Assembly: GCA_001914535.1 (NCBI GenBank)
Contig: MNCR01000094.1
Location: forward strand, 8,447-63,635
Direction: 5' to 3'
DNA from: Candidatus Rokubacteria bacterium 13_2_20CM_69_15_1
GTDB taxonomy: Bacteria; Methylomirabilota; Methylomirabilia; Rokubacteriales; CSP1-6
DNA: 55,189 nt
This document shows positions 35,992 through 45,149 of this stretch, in pieces. Below the pieces are notes generated by a model. That model ran no database searches. It had not been told where the DNA came from and saw only the letters and a program-made list of their open reading frames with translations. Positions within the stretch are counted from its first letter, which is position 1; each line of letters starts with the position of its first letter. The translations under genes were made by a program, and so were the position numbers.

Positions 35992-37386
35992 GTGCAGCTC
36001 GAGCGGGTCGGTCCCTATCTCTGGCAGATTCCGCGCGACGAGCGGCGTGGGATGCGCGTGCCCGGTCTGATCGTCGCCGACGAACGGCTGATCGCGTCGA
36101 TCCGGACCGATGCGTCGCTCGAGCAGGTCGCCAACGGCGCCACCCTGCCCGGGATCGTCAGGGCCGCGCTCGCCATGCCGGACATCCACCAGGGCTACGG
36201 CCTGCCCGTCGGCGGCGTCGTGGCGACCGACGCCTCGCACGGCGCCATCAGCCCGGGCGCGATCGGGTTCGACATCAACTGCGGCGTGCGTCTCGTGAAG
36301 AGCCACTTCGACGCCGGCGACGTCGCGGCCCGGATGGAGGCGCTGGTGGACGCGCTCTACGCGACGATCCCCACCGGCGTCGGGTCGCGCGGCCCGCTGG
36401 CGCTCGACGCGCGGATGCTCGACGAGGTCATGGCGCGCGGGGCGGCCTGGGCGGTGGAGCGGGGGTATGGCGTGCCCGACGACCTCGAGCGAATCGAGTC
36501 CGGCGGCTGCCTCGACGGGGCCGACCCGGGCAAGGTCTCGGAGCGCGCGCGCGAGCGTGGCCGCCGCCAGCTCGGCACCCTCGGCTCGGGGAACCACTTC
36601 CTCGAGGTGCAGGTGGTGGAGACGATCGAGGACCCAGCGACCGCCGACGCCCTCGGTGTCCGCCAGGGGCAAGTGATGGTGATGATCCACACCGGGTCGC
36701 GCGGCCTGGGCCACCAGGTGTGCACGGACTTCCTCGACGTGGCGGGCAGGGCACTCCGGCGCTACGGCATCACCGTGCCCGACCGCCAGCTCGCCTGCGC
36801 CCCCGCCGACTCCCCAGAGGCGCGTGACTATCTGGGCGCCATGCGGGCGGCGGCGAACTTCGCGTTCGCCAACCGTCAGCTCCTGACCCACTGGACGCGC
36901 GACGTCTTCGCCCGCGTGCTCGGCGCCGACACCCGCGACCTGGCGGTCGTCTATGACGTGGCCCACAACATCGCGAAGGTCGAGGACCACGTCGTGGACG
37001 GCGTCGTCCGCCGTCTCACCGTGCATCGGAAGGGCGCGACGCGCGCGTTCCCCGGACAGCCGGTGATCGTGCCCGGCGACATGGGCCGCTATTCCTACCT
37101 CCTGGTCGGGACGGAGGCGGCGATGCGCGAGACCTTCGGGTCCACCTGCCATGGCGCGGGGCGGCTGCTCTCGCGGACGGCGGCGGTGAAGGCGGCGCGC
37201 GGCCGTCGTGTCGACCTCGAGCTGCGCGAGCGCGGCGTCGTCGCCCGCGCCACGGGCCGTGACGCGCTCGCCGAGGAGATGCCGGAGGCGTACAAGGACG
37301 TGAAGGACGTGGTGGACGTGGTTCACCGCTTCGGCATCTCGTTGCGAGTGGCGCGACTCAGGCCGCTCGGGGTCATCAAGGGCTGA
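35992..37386 (+). CDS. rtcB: RNA-splicing ligase RtcB
   Basis: 464 aa with a GTG start. Motifs: MPDIHQGYGLPVGGV, GFDINCGVR, GTLGSGNHFLE, HTGSRGLGHQ, HNI and CHGAGR. Confidence 0.9.
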   Translation: MQLERVGPYLWQIPRDERRGMRVPGLIVADERLIASIRTDASLEQVANGATLPGIVRAALAMPDIHQGYGLPVGGVVATDASHGAISPGAIGFDINCGVRLVKSHFDAGDVAARMEALVDALYATIPTGVGSRGPLALDARMLDEVMARGAAWAVERGYGVPDDLERIESGGCLDGADPGKVSERARERGRRQLGTLGSGNHFLEVQVVETIEDPATADALGVRQGQVMVMIHTGSRGLGHQVCTDFLDVAGRALRRYGITVPDRQLACAPADSPEARDYLGAMRAAANFAFANRQLLTHWTRDVFARVLGADTRDLAVVYDVAHNIAKVEDHVVDGVVRRLTVHRKGATRAFPGQPVIVPGDMGRYSYLLVGTEAAMRETFGSTCHGAGRLLSRTAAVKAARGRRVDLELRERGVVARATGRDALAEEMPEAYKDVKDVVDVVHRFGISLRVARLRPLGVIKG

Positions 37387-37409
37387 GTCGCGCATGGTAG
37401 ACTAGGCCG

Positions 37410-39113
37410 ATGTCCTGGCGATTCAAGAAGAAGCTCCAACGACTCCTCGCCGACGAGCAGGGCGCCGTGCGCAAGGACTGGGGTGGGAAGATCGCGGTCG
37501 CCCTCGTCTACCCGAACACCTACACCGTCGGGATGTCGAACCTCGGCTTCCAGACGATCTACCGCCATCTGAACGCGCTTCCCGACGTCGTGTGCGAGCG
37601 GCTCTTCCTCCCCGATCCCGAGGACATCGACGAGCTCGGACGGACAGGGAGCGTGCCGATCTCGCTCGAGTCGTTCCGGCCGCTCACCGACTTCCACATG
37701 GTGGGCTTTTCCGTCACCTACGAGGGCGACTACGTCAACACGCTGCGGCTCTTGACGCTCGCCGGCATCCCGCTCCGCGCCGACGACCGGCGCCCGCACG
37801 ACCCGCTCGTCCTGATGGGCGGCGTGTGCGCCTTCTCCAATCCAGAGCCCATGGCGCCATTCATGGACGCCATTGCCGTGGGTGAGGGCGAGGAGCTCGT
37901 GACCGAGCTGATCGCGGCCTACCGGACGGGCGCCGACGACCGCGAGCGGTTCCTCGACGCGCTCGCCGCGATCGAGGGCGTCTACGTCCCCTCGCGGTAT
38001 GTCGTCGTCTACGCTCCCGACGGTGGAGTCGGCGAGGTTCGGCCGCTCGGCGCGGCGCCGGCGATCGTTACGAAGCGCCGCCTGCGCAACGTCAACGCGT
38101 TCGAGACCGTCGACGCCGTGAAGACCCCGAACGCCGAGTATGGACACATGGCGCTCCTGGAAGTCGGCAAAGGGTGCGGCCGCGGCTGCCGCTTCTGCCT
38201 GGAGGGCCAGGTGTACCGGCCGGTGCGGCACCGGAGCGTGGACGCCCTTCGCGAGACGGTGGCCCGCATCGCCGCGAGCGGCGAGAAGCGCGTGGGGCTC
38301 GTCGGCGCGTGCGTCTCGGACTACCCGTGGATCGGCGAGCTGCTGAAGGTCGTGGAGGACAACGGGCTCGAGCTCTCGATCTCGTCCATCCGGGCCGACA
38401 GCCTCACGGACGATCTCGTCGCCGCGCTCGCCCGCGGCGGCCATCGCACGCTGACCATCGCGCCGGAGGCGGGCACGGAGCGCCTCCGCCGGGCCATCCG
38501 CAAGGCGATCACCGACGAGCAGGTCCTGGCCGCGTGCGACCTCGTCCGCGCCCACGGGATCCCGAACCTCAAGACGTACTTCATGATCGGCCAGCCGACG
38601 GAAACGCTCGAAGACGTGGAGGCGATCCCGCGGCTCGCCGAGCGGATGCTCGAGCGCCTCCGCGTGCCGGATCCCCGGGCGCGTCCGTTCGGCCGCTTGA
38701 CGCTTTCGATCTCGTCCTTTGTCCCGAAGCCGTGGACGCCCTTCCAGTGGGCGCCCTTCGACGGCGCCGCGTCGCTCCAGGCGAAGCTCGAGATCGTCAA
38801 GCACGGCGTGCGACGCTTCTCGAACGTGCGGGTGCTCCACGAGAACCCCCGCGAGGCGGCGCTCCAGGCGCTGCTCGCCCGCGGCGACCGGCGCGTCGCG
38901 GGGTTTCTCGAGCTCGCGGCGTCATTCGGCGGCGACTGGCGGCGCGCGCTTCGAGAGTGGGACGGCGACGCCGACGTGTGCACCTCGCGGGTCCGCTCGA
39001 CGGACGAGCGTCTCCCGTGGGATCACTTCGACGTCGGTGTGAAGAAGGCGGGGCTGATTCGAGAATGGGAACGCGCGCAGGCCGAGGTCCCCGTCGCCGC
39101 GGGAGCGGCGTGA
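37410..39113 (+). CDS. B12-binding-domain radical SAM protein (TIGR03960-like family, function unknown)
   Basis: 567 aa. The N terminus [27 protein letters not shown] is typical of that family. The radical SAM cluster is CGRGCRFC. Confidence 0.8.
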   Translation: MSWRFKKKLQRLLADEQGAVRKDWGGKIAVALVYPNTYTVGMSNLGFQTIYRHLNALPDVVCERLFLPDPEDIDELGRTGSVPISLESFRPLTDFHMVGFSVTYEGDYVNTLRLLTLAGIPLRADDRRPHDPLVLMGGVCAFSNPEPMAPFMDAIAVGEGEELVTELIAAYRTGADDRERFLDALAAIEGVYVPSRYVVVYAPDGGVGEVRPLGAAPAIVTKRRLRNVNAFETVDAVKTPNAEYGHMALLEVGKGCGRGCRFCLEGQVYRPVRHRSVDALRETVARIAASGEKRVGLVGACVSDYPWIGELLKVVEDNGLELSISSIRADSLTDDLVAALARGGHRTLTIAPEAGTERLRRAIRKAITDEQVLAACDLVRAHGIPNLKTYFMIGQPTETLEDVEAIPRLAERMLERLRVPDPRARPFGRLTLSISSFVPKPWTPFQWAPFDGAASLQAKLEIVKHGVRRFSNVRVLHENPREAALQALLARGDRRVAGFLELAASFGGDWRRALREWDGDADVCTSRVRSTDERLPWDHFDVGVKKAGLIREWERAQAEVPVAAGAA

Positions 39114-40135
39114 TGCGCGTCGACGACACCTACGGTCGTCCCCTCAGGAACCTTCGCGTCTCGGTCACCGATCGGTGCAACCTGCGCTGCCAGTACTGCA
39201 TGCCCGAGGAGGACTACGTCTGGCTCCCGCGCGAGGAGATCCTCCACTTCGAGGAGATCGGCGTGCTCGCCGACGTCTTCGTGGATCTCGGCGTGGACAA
39301 GATCCGTCTCACGGGGGGCGAGCCGCTGCTGCGGCGCGACCTGCCGCGCCTGATCCGCCTCCTCGCCGCCAAGGAGCGCCTGCGCGACCTCGCGATCACC
39401 ACCAACGGCGTCCTCCTCGGCGAGCAGGCGCGCGGGCTCAAGGACGCGGGGCTCCACCGCGTGACGGTGAGCCTCGACACCCTCCGCCCGGCCCGGTTCG
39501 CCGCGCTGACGCGTCGCCAGACCCACGCCCAGGTGCTGGAGGGGATCGCGGCGGTGGCGCGCGCCGGCTTCACGGAGACGAAGCTCGACACGGTCGTGAT
39601 CCGCGGGGTGAACGACGACGAGCTCGTGGACCTGATCGAGTTCGGCCGGCGCGTCGCTGCCGAGGTCCGCTTCATCGAGTACATGGATGTGGGGGGCGCG
39701 ACGCGCTGGTCCATGGACCAGGTGGTGAGCCGCGACGAGATGCTCGCGATCCTCGAGGCGCGCTACGGCCGGATCGAGCCCGTCGCCGAGGAGACGACGG
39801 CCCCCGCCGATCGCTACCGGCTCCCCGACGCCACCGTCTTCGGCATCATCTCGTCCACCACCGCTCCGTTCTGCGCGGAGTGCGATCGGAGCCGGCTCAC
39901 GGCGGACGGCGTGTGGTACCTCTGCCTCTACGCGCCCCGGGGGACCGATCTGCGGGGGCCGTTGCGCCGGGGCGCCGGTCGTGAGGAGCTCGCGGAGCTG
40001 ATCAGGGGTCGCTGGCTGGAGCGCGCGGACCGGGGCGCGGAGGAACGCCTGGTGCTCCGCGAGCGCGCACCGCTCGTCCAGATCGCGCGGCTCAAGGAGG
40101 ACCCGCACCTCGAGATGCACACCCGAGGCGGCTAG
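39113..40135 (+). CDS. moaA: GTP 3',8-cyclase MoaA
   Basis: The ATG at 39113 overlaps the upstream TGA (TGATG). The N-terminal cluster is [10 protein letters not shown], followed by LTGGEPLLR; the C-terminal cluster is [13 protein letters not shown]. Confidence 0.9.
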   Translation: MRVDDTYGRPLRNLRVSVTDRCNLRCQYCMPEEDYVWLPREEILHFEEIGVLADVFVDLGVDKIRLTGGEPLLRRDLPRLIRLLAAKERLRDLAITTNGVLLGEQARGLKDAGLHRVTVSLDTLRPARFAALTRRQTHAQVLEGIAAVARAGFTETKLDTVVIRGVNDDELVDLIEFGRRVAAEVRFIEYMDVGGATRWSMDQVVSRDEMLAILEARYGRIEPVAEETTAPADRYRLPDATVFGIISSTTAPFCAECDRSRLTADGVWYLCLYAPRGTDLRGPLRRGAGREELAELIRGRWLERADRGAEERLVLRERAPLVQIARLKEDPHLEMHTRGG

Positions 40136-40152
40136 CAAGCGAGGAGGGGGCC

Positions 40153-40887
40153 GTGAGCTCGCCCGAACCCACGAAGGTCGACGTCCAGGAGCGTGGCGCC
40201 AACGCGCAGACCTCCGACCGGCGGCTCTACGTGCAGCTCCAGGCCTTCGGAGGCTGCCTCGACCCGAAGCCGCTCGTGCGCGCGCTCGAGTCGAGCCGGA
40301 TCGAGGCCGCGCTCTATCAGGACGTCAACGATCCGCGCGGAATCGGCGTGCTGGCGATGAGCGAGAATCCGGCCTTCTTCGTGCAGAGCCTGTGCGAGTT
40401 GCTCAACGCCGACCCGTTTGCCGCGCTCACGCACAAGCCCGAGTTCACGATGCTCGGCCGGACGTACGCCTCCGGCTTCGAGACCGACCTGGAGGACTGG
40501 CTCCTCCGCCGCCCCCGACGCGCGGTCCTGAACCCGGAGTGGCCGTGGGGGATCTGGTATCCGCTGCGCCGCACGGGCGCGTTCGCGCGACTCAGCCCAA
40601 AGGAGCAGGGCGAGGTCATCCGCGAGCACAGCATCCTCGGCCGCGCCTACGGCGACGCCGACCTCGCCCACGACATCCGCCTCGCGTGCCACGGGCTCGA
40701 CGTCCGCGACAACGACTTCGTCATCGGGCTCGTCGGCCGCGACCTCCACCCACTCTCGCACCTCGTCCAGGCCATGCGGAAGACGGTCCAGACCGCGCAG
40801 TACATCCAGACGCTGGGCCCGTTCTTCGTCGGCCACGCCCTTTGGCAGAGCCCGCGCGCGACGCCCGCCGCCCGCCCCCCGCGCTAG
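40153..40887 (+). CDS. chlorite dismutase family protein (HemQ/Cld-like)
   Basis: 244 aa with a GTG start. The architecture resembles actinobacterial HemQ: W.WYPLRR..., LSPKEQGEVIREHS (candidate proximal His), and LHPLSHLVQAMRKT...GPFFVG. Confidence 0.7.
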   Translation: MSSPEPTKVDVQERGANAQTSDRRLYVQLQAFGGCLDPKPLVRALESSRIEAALYQDVNDPRGIGVLAMSENPAFFVQSLCELLNADPFAALTHKPEFTMLGRTYASGFETDLEDWLLRRPRRAVLNPEWPWGIWYPLRRTGAFARLSPKEQGEVIREHSILGRAYGDADLAHDIRLACHGLDVRDNDFVIGLVGRDLHPLSHLVQAMRKTVQTAQYIQTLGPFFVGHALWQSPRATPAARPPR

Positions 40888-40986
40888 GGGGCGGCTCGAT
40901 GCGCGGGCCCGCATCACGCGGGTGCAGGTGACGGCGCGCCATCGCCGGTGCCGGCCACGGCGGAGAGGTTCCGGAGCCGAACGCTG

Positions 40987-41922
40987 ATGGCGCTGTCCCG
41001 CTATCAACGCTTCACGCGAGCCGAGTGGGCTCGCCTCCGCGCCGATACTCCGCTGACCTTGACCGAAGAGGACCTGATTCGCCTCCGCGGCCTCAACGAC
41101 CGGGTGTCTCTCGGGGAGGTCGTCGAGATCTATCTACCACTCTCGCGGCTGCTCAACCTCCATATCGACGCGAGCCAGGCGCTGCACGGGGCGGCCGCCA
41201 CCTTCCTGAACACGACGGTGGCCAAGGCGCCATTCATCATCGGCTTGGCCGGCAGCGTCGCGGTCGGGAAAAGCACGACGGCGCGCATCATGCGAGCCCT
41301 GCTGGCTCGCTGGCCCAATCACCCGAAGGTTGACTTGGTGGCGACCGACGGGTTTCTCCACCCCAGGCACGTTCTCGAGGCGCGCGGGATCATGAACCGC
41401 AAGGGCTTTCCCGAAAGCTACGATCTCCGGGCTCTGATCACGTTCCTTTCGGAGACCAAGTCCGGGCGTGCCGAGCTTGCCGTGCCCGTCTACTCCCATC
41501 TCACGTACGACATCGTGCCGGATGCCTTTCAGGTCATCGATCGGCCCAACGTGTTGGTCGTCGAAGGCCTGAACATTCTGCAAGCGGGAGACGGATCGGC
41601 TCGCCAGTCTGAGCACCTCTTCGCCTCGGACTTCTTCGATTTCACGATGTACGTCGATGCCGAAGTCGGCCACATCCGCCAGTGGTACATCGAGCGCTTC
41701 CTGGCGTTGCGGACGACGGCCTTTCAAGACCCGTCGTCGTACTTCCATCGCTATGCCGATCTCACCGACGCGGAGGCCCAGACGGTGGCCGCGCGAATCT
41801 GGCGAGAGACGAACGAGCCGAATCTTCGCGAGAACATCCTTCCCACGCGGGACCGGGCCCACCTCATTCTCGAGAAAGGGTCGGATCACTCGGTGCGGCA
41901 AGTCCAACTGCGGAAGCTCTAA
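40987..41922 (+). CDS. coaA: type I pantothenate kinase
   Basis: The ATG at 40987 gives [18 protein letters not shown]-loop [12 protein letters not shown], plus [15 protein letters not shown] and VEGLNILQ. Confidence 0.85.
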   Translation: MALSRYQRFTRAEWARLRADTPLTLTEEDLIRLRGLNDRVSLGEVVEIYLPLSRLLNLHIDASQALHGAAATFLNTTVAKAPFIIGLAGSVAVGKSTTARIMRALLARWPNHPKVDLVATDGFLHPRHVLEARGIMNRKGFPESYDLRALITFLSETKSGRAELAVPVYSHLTYDIVPDAFQVIDRPNVLVVEGLNILQAGDGSARQSEHLFASDFFDFTMYVDAEVGHIRQWYIERFLALRTTAFQDPSSYFHRYADLTDAEAQTVAARIWRETNEPNLRENILPTRDRAHLILEKGSDHSVRQVQLRKL

Positions 41923-42028
41923 TGCTGAGCGTTCTCAGGATCGTCGCCGCCTTCTCCTTGGAAGGCCGTAGCCGGGTGCAACCCCCGAGACCGACATCAA
42001 ACTCGCCCTACACCCACAGATAACTTGC

Positions 42029-42058
42029 TTGACGGGCCGTCCGCCCCTGGCGTATCTA
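42029..42058 (+). promoter_or_regulatory. candidate sigma70-type promoter of the satD-like operon
   Basis: TTGACG, then 18 nt, then TATCTA. The palindromic site begins about 13 nt downstream of the -10. Confidence 0.4.
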
Positions 42059-42066
42059 TCACCCTG

Positions 42067-42112
42067 ATATGGGTGCATACAGCCTCTGCACCGTTATATG
42101 GGTGCAGAAGGT
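42067..42112 (+). promoter_or_regulatory. putative operator: imperfect palindrome GGGTGCAtA-N5-TcTGCACC plus a third GGGTGCAGA half-site
   Basis: atatgggtgca occurs at 42067 and again at 42097, 30 bp apart. The inverted arm is at 42085-42092. The site overlaps both candidate start codons (42098 and 42113). Confidence 0.45.
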
Positions 42113-42817
42113 ATGACACGCGCACGCGCCCCAATCGCGGTCCTTACGGCGGATGTTGTCGGTTCATCGCGCTACAGTTCGGCCGACCGCCGGAAACTCG
42201 ACGCGGTCATTCGTAAAGCGTTCACCGAGGTTGAGCATCGATTTCCTGACGCCATCCACACCCGGCTGGCGTTTCGGATCACCGCCGGGGACGAGTTTCA
42301 GTGCGTCATATCGGATGCGCCACGGGCGCTGGACATCCTCACGTATCTCCGCGCCGTCGTGGCCGCCAGCGGCTTGAGGCCGACGGTGCGCCTGCGGGCA
42401 TCCGTGGGGATCGGGGAGATCAGCACACCGAAGCGCCAGAATCCCTACGAGGAAGACGGCCCCGCATTCGTTCATGCGCGGAACGGACTCGAGGAAATCG
42501 CGAAGGCCCGTAGCCCGCTGCGGGCCACGAAACTCATTACGGCAGTCGCGGAAGTTGATACAGCGGCCGATGCTGTTCTCTGCCTGGCGGATTTCATCCA
42601 GCAATCGTGGACGGTCGCGCAATGGGAAGCCATTCGGTGGAGTCTGCTCGGACTGACTCGGGAGGCGATCGCTCGCAAGCTCAAAGTCGCTCATCAGAAC
42701 GTGACGAAGCGCCTGCTTGCCGCTGGGTGGCCTCACTTCGAAGTGGCGGCGGCTTTCCTGCGCCGACTGATCGAACGCACCCCGAAAAGGGTGCAGAAGG
42801 CCTCTGCACCCCAATGA
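42098..42817 (+). CDS. SatD-family-like protein: nucleotidyl-cyclase/GGDEF-like palm domain fused to a C-terminal HTH
   Basis: 239 aa (alternative start ATG 42113). Motifs: IAVLTADVVGSSRY, RITAGDEFQCVI, RASVGIGEI; the C-terminal HTH is LTREAIARKLKVAHQNVTKRL. The family name is from memory, not from a search. Confidence 0.65.
   Translation: MGAEGMTRARAPIAVLTADVVGSSRYSSADRRKLDAVIRKAFTEVEHRFPDAIHTRLAFRITAGDEFQCVISDAPRALDILTYLRAVVAASGLRPTVRLRASVGIGEISTPKRQNPYEEDGPAFVHARNGLEEIAKARSPLRATKLITAVAEVDTAADAVLCLADFIQQSWTVAQWEAIRWSLLGLTREAIARKLKVAHQNVTKRLLAAGWPHFEVAAAFLRRLIERTPKRVQKASAPQ
42789..42811 (+). promoter_or_regulatory. perfect 9 bp inverted repeat GGGTGCAGA-aggcc-TCTGCACCC (operator or hairpin) between the two genes
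   Basis: Read directly from the sequence. It lies in the last codons of the satD-like gene, 17 nt upstream of the ATG at 42828, and uses the same half-site as 42071-42108. Confidence 0.5.
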
Positions 42818-42827
42818 GGGTGTAACG

Positions 42828-43559
42828 ATGCTCCTCTTCTTTCAGCTTTACCTGGCACATCTCGTCGCCGACTTCCTGCTGCAGCCCGACTGGGTCGCCC
42901 GGCGGAAGAGCGAAATTCGGCCCCTCGCCGGCCACGCTGCGATCCATCTCGTGTGCGCGGCCGCCGCCGTGAATCTCGGGCTCGACCGTCGCGTCGCCGG
43001 GGCGATCGTGAGCGTCGCCCTCATCCACACCCTGCTCGACTATGCGAAAGCCCGGCTCTCGGGTGACGGCTGGATCGCGTTCACGGCGGATCAGGCGGCG
43101 CACCTCCTGGTCGTCGCTCTGGCCTCGATCTGGCTCAACGGCTCGTGGTCGGGGATGATCGACGTCATCCGCTCCATCGTCACCAACCCGCTTGTCTATC
43201 TGTACGCCTGTGCGTATGTCGCCGTGGTGTTCGGAGGGGGGTACCTAGTCCAGAAGGTCACGCAATCCTTTCTCGCCACGATGCAGAGCAGCTTGGCTCA
43301 GTTGAAGCCTGGTCTCCCGAACGCTGGAAAATACATCGGATGGGTGGAGCGCATTCTGATTCTGACGTTCATCGTCGGCGGCTACGAGACTGCCGTGGGA
43401 TTCCTGCTCGCGGCAAAGGCGCTCGTGCGATACCCCGAGATCAAGGAAGACACCGGGGGGCACTTCGCCGAATACTTCCTCGTAGGGACGTTGACGAGCG
43501 TCGGCCTCGCCCTCGTCGCCGGCATGGCGGTGAACAAGCTGAAAGATCTGCTGGGCTAA
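42828..43559 (+). CDS. DUF3307-like polytopic membrane protein
   Basis: 243 aa. The N terminus LYLAHLVADFLLQPDW matches the remembered H..(G/A)DF.LQ signature of DUF3307. Conserved His/Asp residues sit in the TM helices (HL..., IHTLLDY, DQAAH), and it is adjacent to the SatD-like gene. Confidence 0.6.
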   Translation: MLLFFQLYLAHLVADFLLQPDWVARRKSEIRPLAGHAAIHLVCAAAAVNLGLDRRVAGAIVSVALIHTLLDYAKARLSGDGWIAFTADQAAHLLVVALASIWLNGSWSGMIDVIRSIVTNPLVYLYACAYVAVVFGGGYLVQKVTQSFLATMQSSLAQLKPGLPNAGKYIGWVERILILTFIVGGYETAVGFLLAAKALVRYPEIKEDTGGHFAEYFLVGTLTSVGLALVAGMAVNKLKDLLG

Positions 43560-43763
43560 GGATGCGTCAGGCGTCCGCCTCAGCGGGCCGCAACGTCCTA
43601 CCGCAGGCAGAACCGGCAGGTTCTTGGGCCGGTGCCCCCGGAGGTCGAGGGCGTCGGACGGCCAGCCGCGCCGCCCGAGCGTCTGGCGCTGGAAAACCCA
43701 GACGCGCGCCATTCGCCGCGCCGTGGACGAGGAGGACGAGAGGACGGTTGGGCGAGGGCGTTG

Positions 43764-45149
43764 TCAGGGGAGCGGCGCGGGGAGGTCTGACTTGCCCATC
43801 AGATAGAGATCGACCCCGCGCGCGGCGGAGCGGCCCTCGGCGACGGCCCAGACGATCAGCGACTGGCCGCGCTGCATGTCGCCGCAGGTGAAGACGCCGG
43901 GAACGCTCGTCATCCAGCGGTCGTCGCGCCAGACGTTGCCGCGCTCGGTGAGCGTCGTGCCGAGCTCGGCCAGCATCCCGGCCCGCTCGGGTCCGAGGAA
44001 CCCCATCGCGAGGAGCACGAGGTCGCAGGCCAGCGTGAACTCGGTGCCGGGGATCGGTCTGAAGTCGACGCGGCCGCCCGCGCGGATCATCTCGACCTCG
44101 ACGGCGTCGAGAGCCCGCACGTGTCCCCGCTCGTCTCCGAGGAAGCGCTGGGTGGAGACCGCGTAGACTCGCTCGCCGCCCTCCTCATGAGCGCCAGACA
44201 CACGAAAGACGTTGGGCCACTGCGGCCACGGATTGTCGGGGTGGACGGTGCCGAGGCAGTCGGCGCCGGTGTCGCCGCCGCCGATGATGACCACGCGCTG
44301 GCCCGTCGCCGTGATGAACTGATCGTCGGGAATCGCGTCGCCCTCGCACCGCCTGTTCTGGAGCGTCAGGTACTCCATCGCGAAGTGGATGCCCGCGAGC
44401 TCGCGCCCCGGCACGGCGAGGTCGCGCGGGTGGCACGCGCCGCCCGCGAGCACGAGCGCGTCGAAGTCGCGTCGAAGCTCGGCGACGGCCACGTTGACGC
44501 CGACGTGGGCGTTGGTGACGAACGCCACCCCCTCTTTCTCCATGAGCTGGAGGCGCCGGTCGAGGAAGCGCTTCTCCATCTTGAACTCGGGGATCCCGTA
44601 GCGCAGGAGCCCACCGATCCGGTCGCCACGCTCGAAGACGGTCACGGCGTGACCGGCCCGGTTACACTGCTGGGCGGCGGCGAGCCCCGCGGGCCCGGAG
44701 CCGACGACGGCCACCTTCTTGCCGGTGCGAAGGGCCGGCGGGCGCGGGGCGATCCAGCCCTCGTCGAAGGCCCGCTCGACGATCGAAAGCTCGATCGCCT
44801 TGATCGTGACCGGGTCGTCGTTGATCTCGAGCACGCACGAGCCCTCGCACGGCGCGGGGCACAGCCGGCCCGTCCACTCGGGGAAGTTGTTCGTCGCGTG
44901 CAGGCGGTCGATCGCCTCGCGCCAGTGGTCCTTGTACACGAGGTCGTTCCAGTCGGGGATGATGTTGCCGAGCGGACAACCCTGGTGGCAGAACGGGATG
45001 CCGCAGTCCATGCACCGTGCGGCCTGCTTCTTCAGCTCGTCCCGGGGGAACGGGAGGTAGACCTCCTTCCAGTCACGGACCCGCTCCTCGACCGGGCGCG
45101 CCGGCCACTTCTTGCGCTTGATCTCGAGGAAGCCGGTGGCCTTACCCAC
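43764..45149 (-). CDS. gltD: glutamate synthase small (beta) subunit
   Basis: 461 aa with an N-terminal Fe-S Cys cluster (CMDCGIPFC...GCPLGN) and [20 protein letters not shown] folds. Confidence 0.95.
   Translation of the reverse strand: MGKATGFLEIKRKKWPARPVEERVRDWKEVYLPFPRDELKKQAARCMDCGIPFCHQGCPLGNIIPDWNDLVYKDHWREAIDRLHATNNFPEWTGRLCPAPCEGSCVLEINDDPVTIKAIELSIVERAFDEGWIAPRPPALRTGKKVAVVGSGPAGLAAAQQCNRAGHAVTVFERGDRIGGLLRYGIPEFKMEKRFLDRRLQLMEKEGVAFVTNAHVGVNVAVAELRRDFDALVLAGGACHPRDLAVPGRELAGIHFAMEYLTLQNRRCEGDAIPDDQFITATGQRVVIIGGGDTGADCLGTVHPDNPWPQWPNVFRVSGAHEEGGERVYAVSTQRFLGDERGHVRALDAVEVEMIRAGGRVDFRPIPGTEFTLACDLVLLAMGFLGPERAGMLAELGTTLTERGNVWRDDRWMTSVPGVFTCGDMQRGQSLIVWAVAEGRSAARGVDLYLMGKSDLPAPLP

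Noticed and set aside
43560-43763. The convergent gap between the DUF3307-like gene and gltD: a small ORF (43624-43806) and a GCGTCTGG-N11-CCAGACGC hairpin as a bidirectional terminator.
   Set aside because: The ORF overlaps the gltD 3' end and is Arg-rich junk. The hairpin lacks a U tract on either strand, so a terminator call is not supportable from sequence alone.
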